64,000 nucleotides of DNA from Camelus ferus (Eukaryota). Below are positions 25,995 through 38,450 of the stretch, in pieces. Below the pieces are notes generated by a model. That model saw only the letters and a program-made list of their open reading frames with translations, did not search any database and was not told the DNA's origin. Position numbers and translations under genes: made by a program. Position 1 is the first letter of the stretch. Each line of letters begins with the position of its first letter. The stretch lies in assembly GCF_009834535.1 (NCBI RefSeq), contig NC_045698.1, forward strand, positions 994,001 through 1,058,000, read 5' to 3'.

Positions 25995-26820
25995 TTGACA
26001 CAAATACGGAATCGTTGTGTTGTTGTGTGAAATGATTTGTCACATGCTGATTACATTTCAATAAAAAAAGACTTACAGAGCACTTCACAGCACCGAGATT
26101 CAAACAGACAAGAACTGGACAGGGGGGTGAGGGCTCCCACGAGCATCACAGTGGGAGGCACGCCCCACCAGGCGGTGCAGGGGGACATGCTGCCAGTGAG
26201 GACGTGGGCAGTAGCACTCCTGCTCCCTCCCATGGCCTGGAGTTAGCCCGGGACGTGGCACAGCCACACCCAGGCTCACAAGTGCACCTGGACCAGGACG
26301 CCCACCGGGACCGCTTGTGTGTGGCGGCCCCACGATGGAGACAGCTCAGATGTCTACCAGTGGCGGGATGGATGAATAAAGTCCGGGACAGTCAGGGCAT
26401 GAAACACCATGCAGCCAGGAAAACAAACCAAGGGAGCCAAGGACCACGCCATGGAGCACCTGGGTGTCCTGCCCCACGGCCCTCAGGACACAGCGGCCCA
26501 GCAGCCTCAGGGCAGAGCAGAGATGCCCATCCCCCCCCAGGCCGGTCTGCACTGCGCACTCCAGGGCAGGGCTGGCACCTTCACTTCAGCCATGGATCTG
26601 GGGCAGCAGGAGACCCGAGTGATGACAGCTCTCAGTACAGACGCATTCATGCGCATGTTTCCAAAGGAAGCGCGGGGAGGTCAGAGGGAAAATCAGTGAC
26701 AGTCTCCCGGGGGTGCAGGTAGGAGGGAAGACCTCGCCTCGTACGTTCCATTATATGCTGGGCTCCGGATGCCTTGAAGCTTTGTACAAATGAAGAATAA
26801 AATTAAAGCACAGAGAAGAA
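25995..26820 (+). mobile_element. Old L1 (L1ME-like) 3' fragments, GC-remodelled
   Basis: gctgattacatttcaataaaaaaa (L1 end) and ggagacagctcagatgtctaccagtggcgggatggatgaataaagtccgg (L1 3' block). Confidence 0.5.
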
Positions 26821-27289
26821 AACGCAATCCCGGAAAATTGAAAACAAGCTAAAACAAAAGAACCTGATTGTGTATCAAGCTGATGACAAGACCCCCGGGA
26901 GAAAAGCATTGTTTCAAGTGACTTGAGAACACAGTGTTTTGACTGTTTGTCCTCCGCGGAAAATACTGTAAGGAAGTTATCCTTAGGGGAGGGGCAGGGG
27001 AGACCAGCCAGGCCCTTCAGAGGTAGAGGAGGGGGTGGGGTGCTGGGAGGGAGGGAGACAGACAGAAAGGGGCAGAAACAGAGGGGGAGACAGAGCGTAA
27101 ACCAGACATCGTGGGCGAGTGTTGACGTCCCCAGGAACACGGGCAGCCCAGGGGAGCCATCCTCATGGGGACCACGCCCAGCAGGGCGGATGCTCGGCTC
27201 TCCCCTCCCCCACCACACTTGCAGGCCTTCAGGGTCCTTCCAGCTCCCCATGGCTCCAGGCGGCACCCTTTCCCCTCCTCTTGTCCCCC

Positions 27290-27402
27290 AACTCCCAGAC
27301 CCTTACAAAGACCCCTCCTCCGGGGTCCTGCCCTCTGTCTGGTCCCCCGTCCACGTCCACTCCCAACACAGCACCCAGGGGGATCTCTCAAAGCCCGTGC
27401 AA
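27290..27402 (+). mobile_element. L2 fragment, left part (continues at about 28767-28925)
   Basis: gtccactcccaacacagcacccagggggatctctcaaa resembles L2 tccattctccacacagcagccagagtgatctttctaaa. L2-like text resumes after the nested insertion. Confidence 0.5.
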
Positions 27403-27407
27403 TGACA

Positions 27408-27500
27408 GGGAGGGCATAGGTCAGTGGTGGAGCACACGCTTAGCATGCATGAGGTCCTGGGTCCAACCTGCAGTACCTCTATTAAAAAACAAACAAATAA
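27408..27500 (+). mobile_element. tRNA-derived SINE, camelid vic-1-like, 5' body
   Basis: gggagggcataggtcagtggtggagcacacgcttagcatgcatgaggtcctgggtccaacctgcagtacctctattaaaaaac has an A-box-like TAGGTCAGTGG, a B-box-like GGTCCAACC and an A-rich segment. Family name from memory. Confidence 0.8.
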
Positions 27501-27758
27501 GTAGTGATATTGAGCATTTCTTCATGTACCTATTGATCATTTGTATTTCTTCCTTGGAGAATTGCTTATTTACGTCTTCTGCCCATTTTTGGATTGGGTT
27601 GTTTGTTTTTTTCTTATTGAGTTGTATGAGCTGCTTATATATTCTGGAGATCAAGCCTTTGTCGGTTTCATTTGCAAAAATTTTCTCGCATTCTGCAGGT
27701 TGTCGTTTTGTTTTACTTACGGTTTCCTTTGCTGTGCAGAAGCTTGTAAGTTTAATTA
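27501..27758 (-). mobile_element. Inverted 5' segment of a twin-primed L1 (ORF2 C-terminal region)
   Basis: Minus ORF reads [85 protein letters not shown], clearly L1 ORF2p. Confidence 0.92.
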
Positions 27759-28540
27759 TCACCTCACACCGGTCAGAATGGCCATCATTCAAAAGTCCAC
27801 AAATGACAAATGCTGGAGAGGCTGTGGAGAAAGGGGAACCCTCCTACACTGCTGGTGGGAGTGCAGTTTGGTGCAGCCACTGTGGAAAACAGTATGGAGA
27901 TTCCTCAAAAGACTAGGAATAGACTTACCGTATAACCCAGGAATCCCGCTCCTGGGCATATATCCAGAAGGAACCTACTTCAAAGAGACACTTGCACCCC
28001 AATGTTCACAGCAGCACTATTTACAATAGCCAAGACATGGGAACAGCCTAAATGTCCATAAACAGATGATGGAATAAAGAAGCTGTGGTATATATACAAT
28101 GGAATACTATTCAGCCACAAAAATGACAACATAACGCCATTTGCAGCAACATGGATGTCCCTGGAGAATGTCATTCTAAGTGAAGTAAGCCAGAAAGAGA
28201 AAGAAAAATACCATATGAAATCTCGCGTATGTGGAATCTTGAAAAAAAAAAAGAGCATAAATACAAAACAGAAACAGACTCATAGACATAGAATACAAAC
28301 GTGTGGTTGTCAGGGAGTTAGAAATTTGTAGATACTGACAGGCATACACAGAATAGATAAACAAGACTGTACTGTGTAGCACAGGGAAATATATACAAGA
28401 TCTTGCGGTAGCTCACAGCGAAAAAGAATGTGACAATGAATGTATGTATGTTCGTGTATAATTGAAAAACTGCTCTGCACTGGAATTTGACACAACATTG
28501 TAAAATGACTGTAACTCAATAAAAAAATGTAAAAACACAC
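27757..28540 (+). mobile_element. Sense 3' segment of the same L1 (ORF2 end, 3' UTR, AATAAA 28518-28523, A-rich tail)
   Basis: Plus frame [53 protein letters not shown] (L1 ORF2p Cys-rich domain), then 3' UTR and tail. Confidence 0.92.
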
Positions 28541-28713
28541 AAACAAACAAATAAAAAATAGACTGTTCTAACATACTTTTTAAAAAGCACACTCACGTAC
28601 ACACATACACAACACACACACACAAACCCTGCAGGCACGTGTGCAGGCACAAGGCAAAGATTACCGCTCAGGAGGAACTGGGTGCAGGGCCGGCTGCGAG
28701 ACGAGACTTCTGC

Positions 28714-28755
28714 TAAATAAATAAATAAACCTAATTATTTCTCCTGCCAAAAAAA
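28714..28755 (+). mobile_element. Displaced 3' tail of the vic-1-like SINE
   Basis: taaataaataaataaacctaattatttctcctgccaaaaaaa matches the (TAAA)n-CCTAATTA-C-rich-poly(A) tail I recall for this SINE family. Confidence 0.6.
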
Positions 28756-31700
28756 GTACTCCTTAAAAAGCCACGCAAGCCCAGGCCACCCCCTTGTCTG
28801 CTCCCAGCCCCAGAGGCCCCTACTCGTGTGCAGGATGAGAGCGGTTCCGCAGCCTCAGCGCCTGCCTCCCACCCCTCCGGGCCCCTCCCCTCGGGAGCCA
28901 GGCCTGCTCTGCACTTGCTGCTCGGCGCGCGGAGGAGGGTGGGGATGCTTGGCTGGCGGAGGGTTCTAGCTGTCTGGGAAGGTCCCACTGTCTAGTGGGA
29001 GGCAGTCCCACTGTCCAGGGGTCTCTCTGCCTGATGAGGAGGTCCCACTGTCCCAGGGTCTTTCTGTCCAGGTCGGGGACTCCCAGCTGTCTGGTGGAGG
29101 TGTCCCAGCACCCTGGGGGGCACACATCTATTTTTCTCCCTCCTGGAGTCTCCTCTGTGTCCCCTCCAGGGCCAGGTCCAGATGCTGTGACACAAAGAAC
29201 CAGACAAAGGCCTTTACCCTCTCGGGAATTCTGGGGGAGACAGAAAAACAGGAGCGTCGGTCTAGAGGGTCCAGCTGGTCACAGTGGGGTCACTGCCCTC
29301 GCTTTTCCCTGCAGTGGACACAGTGCTGCATCGTGGAGAGTGAAGGATGAGGGGTTAGATCGTCTGAACTGGCAACAAGGCACCTCTGCAGCTCTGATCT
29401 TACAAGAAGCATCTCTCCTCCAAGGAGGGGCTCTGCCCTGGGCGGTGCTACGGAGCTCCTGCCAGGCTGGCAGCGTCACATAAATTTTACCTGGAAACCA
29501 AGTGCTGGGGTGTTAGGTGCTGCGGGAAAGTCAGGCTCCCATGCAGGTTCTTAGGGAGAATGAGGGAGCAGGGAGAGGGTGAGAACAGGGACCCAACACA
29601 AGGAAACAGAAGAGGAAAGAATCTTCTCTTAAGGAGGGTAAACAGACCCGGGAAATGTGAGCTCAGGGCTCCAGGCTCCCACTTGTGAGGTGAGAGGGAC
29701 CCCGCAGGGTCTGAGCCCCAGTCGCAGAAAACCACCCTTTCTGCCCTGAGCTCAGACCTCGGTCCCCAGAGCTGCTGTCCCTGGACCCCATGGGTCCTTC
29801 CCTGAACCCTGGGGCCACCACCACCGGCACCGCCTGCGGGAAGGCCTGGGAGCCACGAGGGGCAGCTGGGCCCCTTGATGGAGGAGCTGTGAGGGAGAAG
29901 CCGTCCCAGAGGAGGGGCGGAGCATGCAGGGAGGACGCCTGCTCCCGGCCTGGCACCCCGCGGTCAGCCACCACACGAAGGCTGCGGCTCCGGCTCTGAC
30001 GTCCCCGTGGTCCAGCTGACCCCAGCACCCAGCCCGACCAGGCTGGCTGCTTCGTGGCGCCCGGGCCCCATCTCAGGGGCCCTGGTGTCGGAAACCGACA
30101 AGCACAAGCCGTGTGCAAGCTCGTGTTTCACAAACGGGAGGAGGGACTGCAAACGCTTTAACCTTTTACCTTTGAGGGAAGAGAGGGGAGGGCGGGGAAG
30201 GGATGGGGGAAATCCCAGGTCCCTGAGCCCCTTCGCTGTGTTTAGCGGTGACTTTGACACCCTGTAAATATCTTACATAACTGTAAGGAAATTTAAAAAG
30301 TTCAGTCCCTAAAAATTGAAAACAAACTACCTGCTCCCTCGGCGTCAAGTGAAGGACGCAGCCCCACGAACTATTCTGAGGGGCGTTTAAACACTGAGGG
30401 ACCTGATCTCCCGAGCGGGGTGGAAGCTAGAAAAATACAAAACAAAATACAGTCGGTGTCCCGCTGTTCCTGGGGGGTCCCCTGCATCCCGAGGCTCTGG
30501 TTGTGAATGTGGGAGAAGGCAGCTGCGTTAGGATGGTTTTGTCCAGAACCAGGATCTTCAGCACCGAGAACAGACTTGAAGACGCCCGCGGTTTAACGCA
30601 AATCCAGGCTGACTGGGAGCTCTCGGCGTGAACACAGGGCCCGCTTCTGATAAGAACAACCAGGAGGAGGAGTCTTCCTGAGGTTTACAGAAGGCACAGG
30701 GGATGAGGGGCTGTCTAGGCCTGGGACACCGCCATCAAGGTTCCAGTGGCTGGAAGGACGGGGCCCTGCGGGTGTGGCCGCTCTGTGGGGTGAGCAGGCA
30801 GCGCTGACCGGCAGCAGTTTGCGCCTCCTGCCCCGGGCCACGGGCGTCTCCTCAGTGACCCCGTCGTTGGCGAACCCACTTTGGCACTCAGAGTCGGGGG
30901 ATAAGGTCTCCAGAAGCTTCTGCTGGAGGCGAAGGGGACACAGGTGGGCACGTGAGGATCCGTGGACCAGTGCCCACCTTCCTGGGGCAGCCTTCGGCCC
31001 CAGCCCGGAGGGAAATCAGGGAGCCCCGGGTCCCTCTCCCCAGTGCCCAGCGGCCCTCTGGTGGCGCTTCCTGCCGGACGGCACCTGGCCGTTTCCCATG
31101 CCAGGACTCTGAGTGCCGCTGTCCCCTGGGCTGACTCACCTCTCTGGGCAGCAGAGTGCCGTCCTCTGCCCTGAAACGCAGCGCTGTCACGTGGCTGGAA
31201 GGTCTAGCCCCCAGCAAGATAATCCCACCAGCAGCGCAGGGCTTCGTTTCCTTAAAAAACCAAGCCTGCACCCGGGGCAGCTTTGAGACCCTACTGCTCC
31301 GGCCTGGCCAGCACCGCGGCGGCTTGTCACTCCATTTAGGTTTTGTTTTGCTTTGTTTTACTCGATGCTTTAATTACCAAAGCAGTGTGTGCTCATTGTA
31401 GCAAGTCAAACGGGATAATGAAAAAGTTGGCCGTCTCCATCCTGGCCTTCAGACCCACCTCTCCGAGGCGCGATGGTGGGAACCGGGTTGTCGCCTCTCT
31501 GCGCATTTCTCTACACGCGTGCAAACATGTGCACAAGTCGAATTACGTGAGTGGCTCGTTTTCTGTCCTGCTGTGACTTTTAAACGAAACCAGAGCCCAC
31601 ACTGCAACTGTTGCTGCTCAGAACATTTTTTTTTCCTCTTAATACACTTCTCGGGCTGCTTCTGAGACAATGCCTTCTGCTGAAAGATAACATATTAGGA

Positions 31701-31790
31701 GGATCTTTTGAAAGGGACTGTGCATCAAAAACATGAAAATCAGCCATTTCCTGTGGCTTAACCTGCTATCTGTTCTAACGCTTGCAGGAA

Positions 31791-32256
31791 TGAAATAGTT
31801 GTTTCAAGGGCTGCTTACCCTCCGCGGTGGACGCCGCCCAGCGGTAACCAGCATCGAGGCTGCAAATGACAAACAGCTTTAGTGTTAAGAATTGCAGTTC
31901 GGGGGACACAGGCTCAGGGGAAACCAGAAGAGTGTTCCGGGGAGGAGGAAGTGTCAGGGGCTTGTAAAGGCAAAAAGCCCTGGGGTTGTTGCCGTCGCCC
32001 GGGGAGGACTCTGGTCTGTCCTCAGGGTAGGGGTCGGACAAGTGGAATGGCTGCCGTGAGTCACTTTAGGGTGGGGGCCCACAGGTACCTTGAGTTTCTG
32101 GCAGACGCCCCAGATGCCTTCGTTAGGACAATGACTGAGCAAAAGGTCCAACTCCGCCCTGGCTGAGGTGTACCTGAGTCCCTGTCCTCAGCGGCCTCTG
32201 GGCCCCACTTTAGAGACTCTGAGCAACACTGACTCTATTTCCAATCTCCTTCCACA
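31791..32256 (-). mobile_element. Probable ERV1-class solo LTR
   Basis: Minus strand starts TGTGGAAGGAGATTGGAAATAGAGTCAGTGTTGCTCAGAGTCTCTAAAGTGGGGCC and ends ...ACTATTTCA (TG...CA termini, 466 bp). No clean target-site duplication. Confidence 0.5.
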
Positions 32257-33479
32257 GACAGACCATCCATGCACCCTCCCAGGGTGGACGGACCATGTAT
32301 TCAACATCTGTCCATGGGAGACAGTCAGGACGTTTCCACGTTGGTCCGATAAACATCCTTAAACGTTTATTTCTGTATGCAAATGCTAACGTTTATGTAT
32401 GAAAAATTCCCCGAAGTGTGACTGCCGGGAGAACACGCTCACTTCTAATTCAGGGGACGTGGCCAGATCGCCTTCTCTAGAGGTCGTTTCAGGTCACGGT
32501 CCCCAGAAGCCCCCAGGAGCACCGCCGTCCCCCTCAGCCCCCGCAGCACCGGGCAAGGGGAGGCGGTGGTCCTCGGGTGGGCTGGTCGTGGTCGGGGCCA
32601 CGTCCCCAGCCCTGGTGACGCCGTGCCTGCCAGCCCTCGTCTGCTGACCGGCCTGTCCCCTTGGGCAGGCAGGCCTCCGGCCGCTGGCTGCTCTCCCCTT
32701 GGCACTCTGGTCCTTTTCCGCATGAAAAGTGAGGAACTTTTCTACACTAAGGAGATTAGCCCTTTGCCATACACCCTGCAGACATTTTTCTCAGTCTTAC
32801 CACTTTTTTATTTGCATAACATGTCCTTGCCTTATGAAAACACACAACTCATATAGTAAAACGTATCTAATATTTCTTGGAGATTTTGGGTTTCTGTTTT
32901 GATTAGGAAAATCTCCTCCAGCTTCTGGGTTATAAAATATTATGTTGGCGTTTCCTTGGTGACTGTTGTTTTATCCGTCACTGTTTAGTCTTCAAGCCAG
33001 AGCGTCTTATTCCGTGGAGGATGGGGCAGAGTGGCGTTTGTCTGCTCAGCCGGCACGGGGCCTCCGTCCCGCCCGCAGCGTCCATCGCTCTCACCCCGAG
33101 TCAGCGCACAGTCGCCTCCTCAGAGATCCGAACTCCTAACTCCCTTCACCCTCGTTTACTCTTGATCCAAACCAAACCAGAAGACTGTACACACGCACAG
33201 CCCTCCAGACCCAAACTCCTCCGACTGCCAGAAGGTGTGCTTGGAAAACAACACACTTCCACAGCACTGGCAGGCGGAGGGGTCTCTTCTGCCCAGGACA
33301 TGAGACCCTTTTCTGAAAATGAGCCCTTGGTCCCTGGGCCTGGGAGCCGTGAGCATCTACCCTGAGGGCTCAGCGTGGAGGTCAGGTGCTCCAGAGTCTG
33401 CCCACTGGAGGGTGACTGCACGGAACACCCTTTCTCAGTTCAGATGGCCCAGGGTGGTGGGGGTCAGCCAGAGTAGGGG

Positions 33480-33585
33480 GTGTGTCTGCGCATTTGTGTG
33501 TGTGTGCACGTGAGCGCGCGTGCACGTGTGTGCATGACTGTGTGTGCGCGTGCGTGCGCAGGCATGTGCACACGTGTGCCCGTGC
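33480..33585 (+). repeat. Alternating purine-pyrimidine (TG/CG/CA) tract
   Basis: gtgtgtgtgtgcacgtgagcgcgcgtgcacgtgtgtgcatg... read directly. Confidence 0.9.
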
Positions 33586-36500
33586 GCTCCCTCTCACCAG
33601 GGCCTCTACCTGGAGTCTCATTAACCCCCGTGGAGGTTTCAGCAAGCACCCGACAGCCAGAGTTCGGAGTGCACTACCAGGGATCTGACGGGCTCCATCA
33701 GGCGAGGCCTGTGTGTCCCGTGGGGAAGCCGGCCTGGCTGTGGCCTCCTGCCTCTTGGGGTGACCGATGGGCACTGTGACCAAGAACCTCGTGGTTCTGG
33801 GAGGAGGCAGGCCTGGGTTTCATCAGAACTTTGCTGGGCTCACTCGTTCGCGAGCTCGCGAGCCTCAGCTGGGACGGGGTGCTTGGGACCAAGACCTTGG
33901 GGCCCAAGGAGCCAGAGGAGGGCTCTCCGTCCTGTCGGGAAGGTCTGCGGCCAGTCCTCCGCACTCCCTCCCGGCCTTGAGGGCGCCCGGCGTGCGGCCT
34001 CTGAGCAGAAGTGACTTCATGCCGTTTTACAGAAGGAGGCTCACACAGCAGACATTTAATTATTCTAAGAAAGTGGGGAAACCCACGTTTCTGACACATT
34101 CCGACAGCGCGGCCAGCCTATCCCAGTGATGGGGTTTATTTTGAGAAGTGCAAAGTCTTATTGAAAAGTATTAAAAGTTAATACTAAGTTCAGATCCAAA
34201 AATGATTGTTGCACGTGGGCAGTAAATTCCACGTGATTTGAGACCTTGAGTCGCCTTTATTTCCAGATACATTTTTCATCCAGAATATGAACAAAGTGCT
34301 AACTCTTCACAAAATGTTGTTTTTCTAAGTTAAAAAAAGTCCCTTCTGTGTAGTGTTTGGCAACAGAACAGAAGGAAAATCCATGCAAATTAAATGTTTT
34401 ACTGTGCTCAGTTCCATAATGAGAAGCCAGCGGAACCAGTGGGGTGGGGAGGGGAGTAAAAGCCACGTTGGCTTTAGTTTATAGGAGAGAAATCCAACCC
34501 GATGCGGTTTCAACCCCGCGAAATGCTGATCCGTGCGCGTGCCGCCAGCCCAGCAGGGCCTTCGCAGCCCACGGTGCCCTGCGGCCTTAGGCCCGGCAGC
34601 GCGCCCTACCCAGTGGGAGCGCTTTGGGGAAAGCCCCACGAGGCGGTGAGAGTAGATCAGACAGTGCAGGAACACATGGAAAACAAGGGAGACTCAAAAA
34701 TGAGCATTGCCGGCAGGTGGGCAATGCCCCCGGGGACGGCGTCCTAGAGTAGGAGGCCGCAGCCGCCCAGGAGCACCCGCCCAGTGCCCGGGGAAGGGCT
34801 GCTCCGTCGTTCACGCTCAGGCTGGCTGTCCATCCGTCCGCAGCAGGAGCTCAAGTGAAACCCTGGGCCCCGCTCCGTGGATCAGGTTAGGGTTATGAAA
34901 AGTTATTTTCAGGTTTCTGGTGGCCGTTCAGTCCTCCTGCTAAGTCAGGAGAATCTGGGCCTTTCCTGGGGGGCTGGCACCACTCCCACAGCTGGGATTT
35001 GGGGCGGAAGAGGCCCGGTCTAACCTTGGTGGCACCAGGGGCAGGGCTTATGTCATCGTCTGGTCAGTTCGGGCTCCCAGGGCAGTGGGGCCACCTGGAT
35101 GCCCATAGCCCTCTGCCCTCGAAGGCCTCATCTGGAGGGCTTTTGGGGCACAGGGCACCCTTGTCACCCCCTCTATAAATTCAAGGACCGAGTGCAGTGG
35201 GCCCCCAAGCTTGTGACTCCCCGGCCGGCCGTCCTGGGTGCGCTTGGTCCTGTTGCTCCCAGTGTGTCCATGTCCAGTGTCACATTCTGTGGGAACCCCT
35301 GCAGGAAGCAGTTCCGCCTCCCCTGCTGGGGAAGCCCGCCTGCCCGCTTCTGGGATGAAGGCATCTCAGGGGTCTGGGCTGGTGGCAAAGGGCCAGGGCC
35401 AGTTTCATCTTGGCTACTGCCACCCTGGGGGACCTGGGCTGGACGGGCTGCACTCCGGGCCATCACAGAGGGGCAGGGACAGGAGAATCCTGCCAGCTGG
35501 GGTCCTGGATGGAGGGTCATGCCAAAGACCTGCCCCTGGGGCAGCATACAGCCCACCTACCTGGGCCCTCCCCCTCCCCACTCTGGGTGATGGTGCTGCT
35601 GACTCCAAAGCTGTGCGCTCTCACCGTCTCTCAGAGACCATCCTGCTGGGCAGTGCGATGCCCTCTGCTCCTCGTACAGAGTAGCCTTCGTTCCTGCGGC
35701 ATCAGTGGAACCTGCGACCTGGTCACAAATCCACGCCGGCATGACTTAGCTCTTTCCCACAGGGGCGACCTGGGTTTCTAGGTTCTTCTGCCTTCAAGAA
35801 CCAATGGGAGGGAGAGATATCCCCTCCCCCATCTCAGTGCATCCTTCAGGCCCCCTGCTAATTTCCAACACCCACGTAAGCTGCACATCGGGGCTGACGC
35901 CAGGGCGGTTTCACAACGCTCACCCCCCAGAAGCTGGGATTCCACCTTCAGGGGTTGAGAACGGTGGGTCGGCCAGGGTGGGGGCTCTGACTGCCGGCGC
36001 GGGTGTCTAAGTCACCGCGGAGATGTGGATGAGCACCCCGGGGCCGCAAGGGCATGTGTCCTGCACTTCCCGGGACGGCGGTGGCAGCCACCCCTCCAGG
36101 CCCTCCTCCACCCCCCGCACTTGCCCCTCCTTGGGGCCTCTGGGGACCTCGGAACGCTCTCTGCGCAATGGCTTTGTCTTGACCCCCGCGTCAGCGCCCA
36201 CCTGGAGATCAGGGACTAGCTGGCTTCACGTAGAACACAGGGGGTCTCCTTCAGTTCCACACGTGCCCGGCCTGCCCTGCCTGGAGGGGCCGCTCCCCCA
36301 GGGGGGCTACCAGTTGCCTTTGGTGCAAGGGGGTTGGGGGGCAGGGTGGATGCCTCTGAGGATCCGGAAGCAGGAAGCCCCAGAGGGAGGTAGAGGTGTC
36401 CATGGGGAGGGGTCACCATGGACGCTGAGACCTGCAGACCCTCCTTACTGATCACAAGGGCTCCTATTAAAGGTCTGGCCCTCCAGGGGTCGTGGACAGA

Positions 36501-38189
36501 AGCAGAGCAGAGGGTTGGCCTCAGGTGTGTTTGTTCCCGCATAGTTATGGGTTAGGTAGGTGCACACCAGGCCCTTCCCAGGGTCCCATTGTCTCCGCTT
36601 GGCAGGTGGAGGGCACAGCCGGCCATCAGCTCTGCAGGCACCCCGGGCAGCAGTGGCCCCACACGCCGGCATGTGCGTCCGTGGATGGGGATTGGCCTGG
36701 ACGCTCACTGACCAGCTGTGAGTACTTGGGAGGGGCCCTGGGAGGGAGAAGGCAGTGGATGTGCATGAGGGTTACCGCCCTGGGCCAGTGGCGGGGGCCG
36801 AACCGTCCTGACCGTGTCCCCGCGTGGGCAGTGACTGGCTGGGCTGGAAGTCCAGAGGCATGGTCCCAGCTGCGGCCTCTCGGCTCCTCTCCCTGGAGGG
36901 TGGCCTGTCAGGCTGCCGTGGGCAGTCGTGGTGGGCCAGCTCAGCCTGCACTGCAGCAGAGCCTGCTCCCGGGTTTGGGGGGCGGCAGCAGCCCCGGCCC
37001 GTGGTGCCTCCTCCTGCCGCGGGTTGGAAGCCGGGTTCACAGGTGTTTTCTGGCCCACTTCACTTGCAGCCTGCCTGTGGGTTCTGCCTCGGCTGCACAA
37101 ATGTTGTTGAAGGGGCGTCACGGGCCCCGCCGAGAGCTGCGTGGCCGCCTGGCCGATTCCCCAGTGTATCTCCGACTGGGGAGACCTTCCAGCGGGGCCG
37201 CGGGGCCGCGGGAGGCGAGTCTGCCGGGTGGGAGCTGGCCTGTGGAGGACGCGCAGAGACTTTGTCCCTCGGCAGCTGTGGCGTCTCCCCTGCCCTGCCC
37301 TTCTGCCCGGAGAGTCTCCACTGCCCGGGTGGGATCCAGGTGCCGGGGCCAAAGCACGAGGGCCGGGACCTCTGAGCTCCGTCCAGTGGCAGTAGCGGGG
37401 GGGGCGCACGCCCCGGGCAGCTGACGGGACAGCCCCTCCCGCGGGGGCTGCACACCCAGGTCTCCAGGTCCCAGCAGTGGGGGGGTGGTGGGGCGTGCGT
37501 GTCCCGGGAAAGCCCGGTGTCCATAGAGGGCAGTCTTGGCGCACTGAACGGACGGCCGCCGCGCCCAGGGCCGCTTGTGTTCTCACTTAGCAGAAAAATG
37601 TGCTATAGATTCGCCATTACAGCAAAATCAACATGGCTTTTTTATTAAGAATGTCCCAGAGCCAGCTATTTGTGTTTGTGTCACAGCTGTGGATGGTGTT
37701 CCTTTCAGGACAAACAGCGTTCCCTCTTTGCTGCAGAAGAAGGCTGTGTTGGTTGGAAGTGAGAGCGAGCAGCTGCAAAGCTGAGCCTGCCTGGACGGTG
37801 AGAAAACACTGGGCACAGCCGGCCCCGGATGGAGGGGAGCAGCGGTCCACTCTCCGGATTTCCTGGCGGGAAGAGGGAAGCCCCATCTGCAGACTCGGAC
37901 ACAGAGGCCTGGCCTCTGGGCCAGGGAGAGACGGGCAACGGAGCCTGTCCCATCCCTTGCTCCTCCTGATGCCACCATGACCACCATGCCACTGCCAGGT
38001 CAGGCCCGGCCAGGGCCAGAGCACCTGCAGGTCCGCTCTGCAGAGTGTCTGGCACTGACCCCAGGAGGCGCGTCCTGGGGGGCGGCACCTCTGCAGCTCT
38101 AGAGGGCAGTCCTTTCACCAAAAAGACCAGGTTGGACCCACCGATGAGCCTAATCTTTTGAGGAAGTTGACGGGCAGAGAAAGAATTAT

Positions 38190-38450
38190 CAGGGAAGGGA
38201 GGGACTTTGAGTAAAGCAAATTGGATGGGGGTGGGCCTCATCCAATCAGTTGAAGGCCTTTAGAACAAAGACAGGTTTCTCCTCAGCCTGTAACACAGAA
38301 GTCCTGCCTGAGTTCCTGGCCTGCCAGTCTGCTCTGCAGATTCCCCGTCAGCCCCCAGCACATCCTGAGCCGCTTCCTTAGAGTCTCTGTGTGTAGAAGA
38401 ACACATACATGACTACTGGTTCTGGTTCTCTGAGAGCTCTGGCTACTTCA
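38190..38450 (+). mobile_element. MLT2-like (ERVL) LTR fragment
   Basis: actttgagtaaagcaaattg...ggtgggcctcatccaatcagttgaaggcctt...ctactggttctggttctctgagag. Confidence 0.75.

Noticed and set aside
27408..27480. Possible tRNA gene (A and B boxes)
   Set aside because: Boxes are degenerate, I cannot fold a clean cloverleaf, and it has an A-rich tail and target duplication, so it is a tRNA-derived SINE.
27119..28029. 265-aa and 162-aa chimeric ORFs
   Set aside because: Read-through across SINE, antisense L1 and sense L1 at the inversion junction; not a gene.
36492..37586. Overlapping 310-aa (+) and 293-aa (-) ORFs
   Set aside because: Open in several frames on both strands, low complexity, no domain or splice structure: GC artefact.
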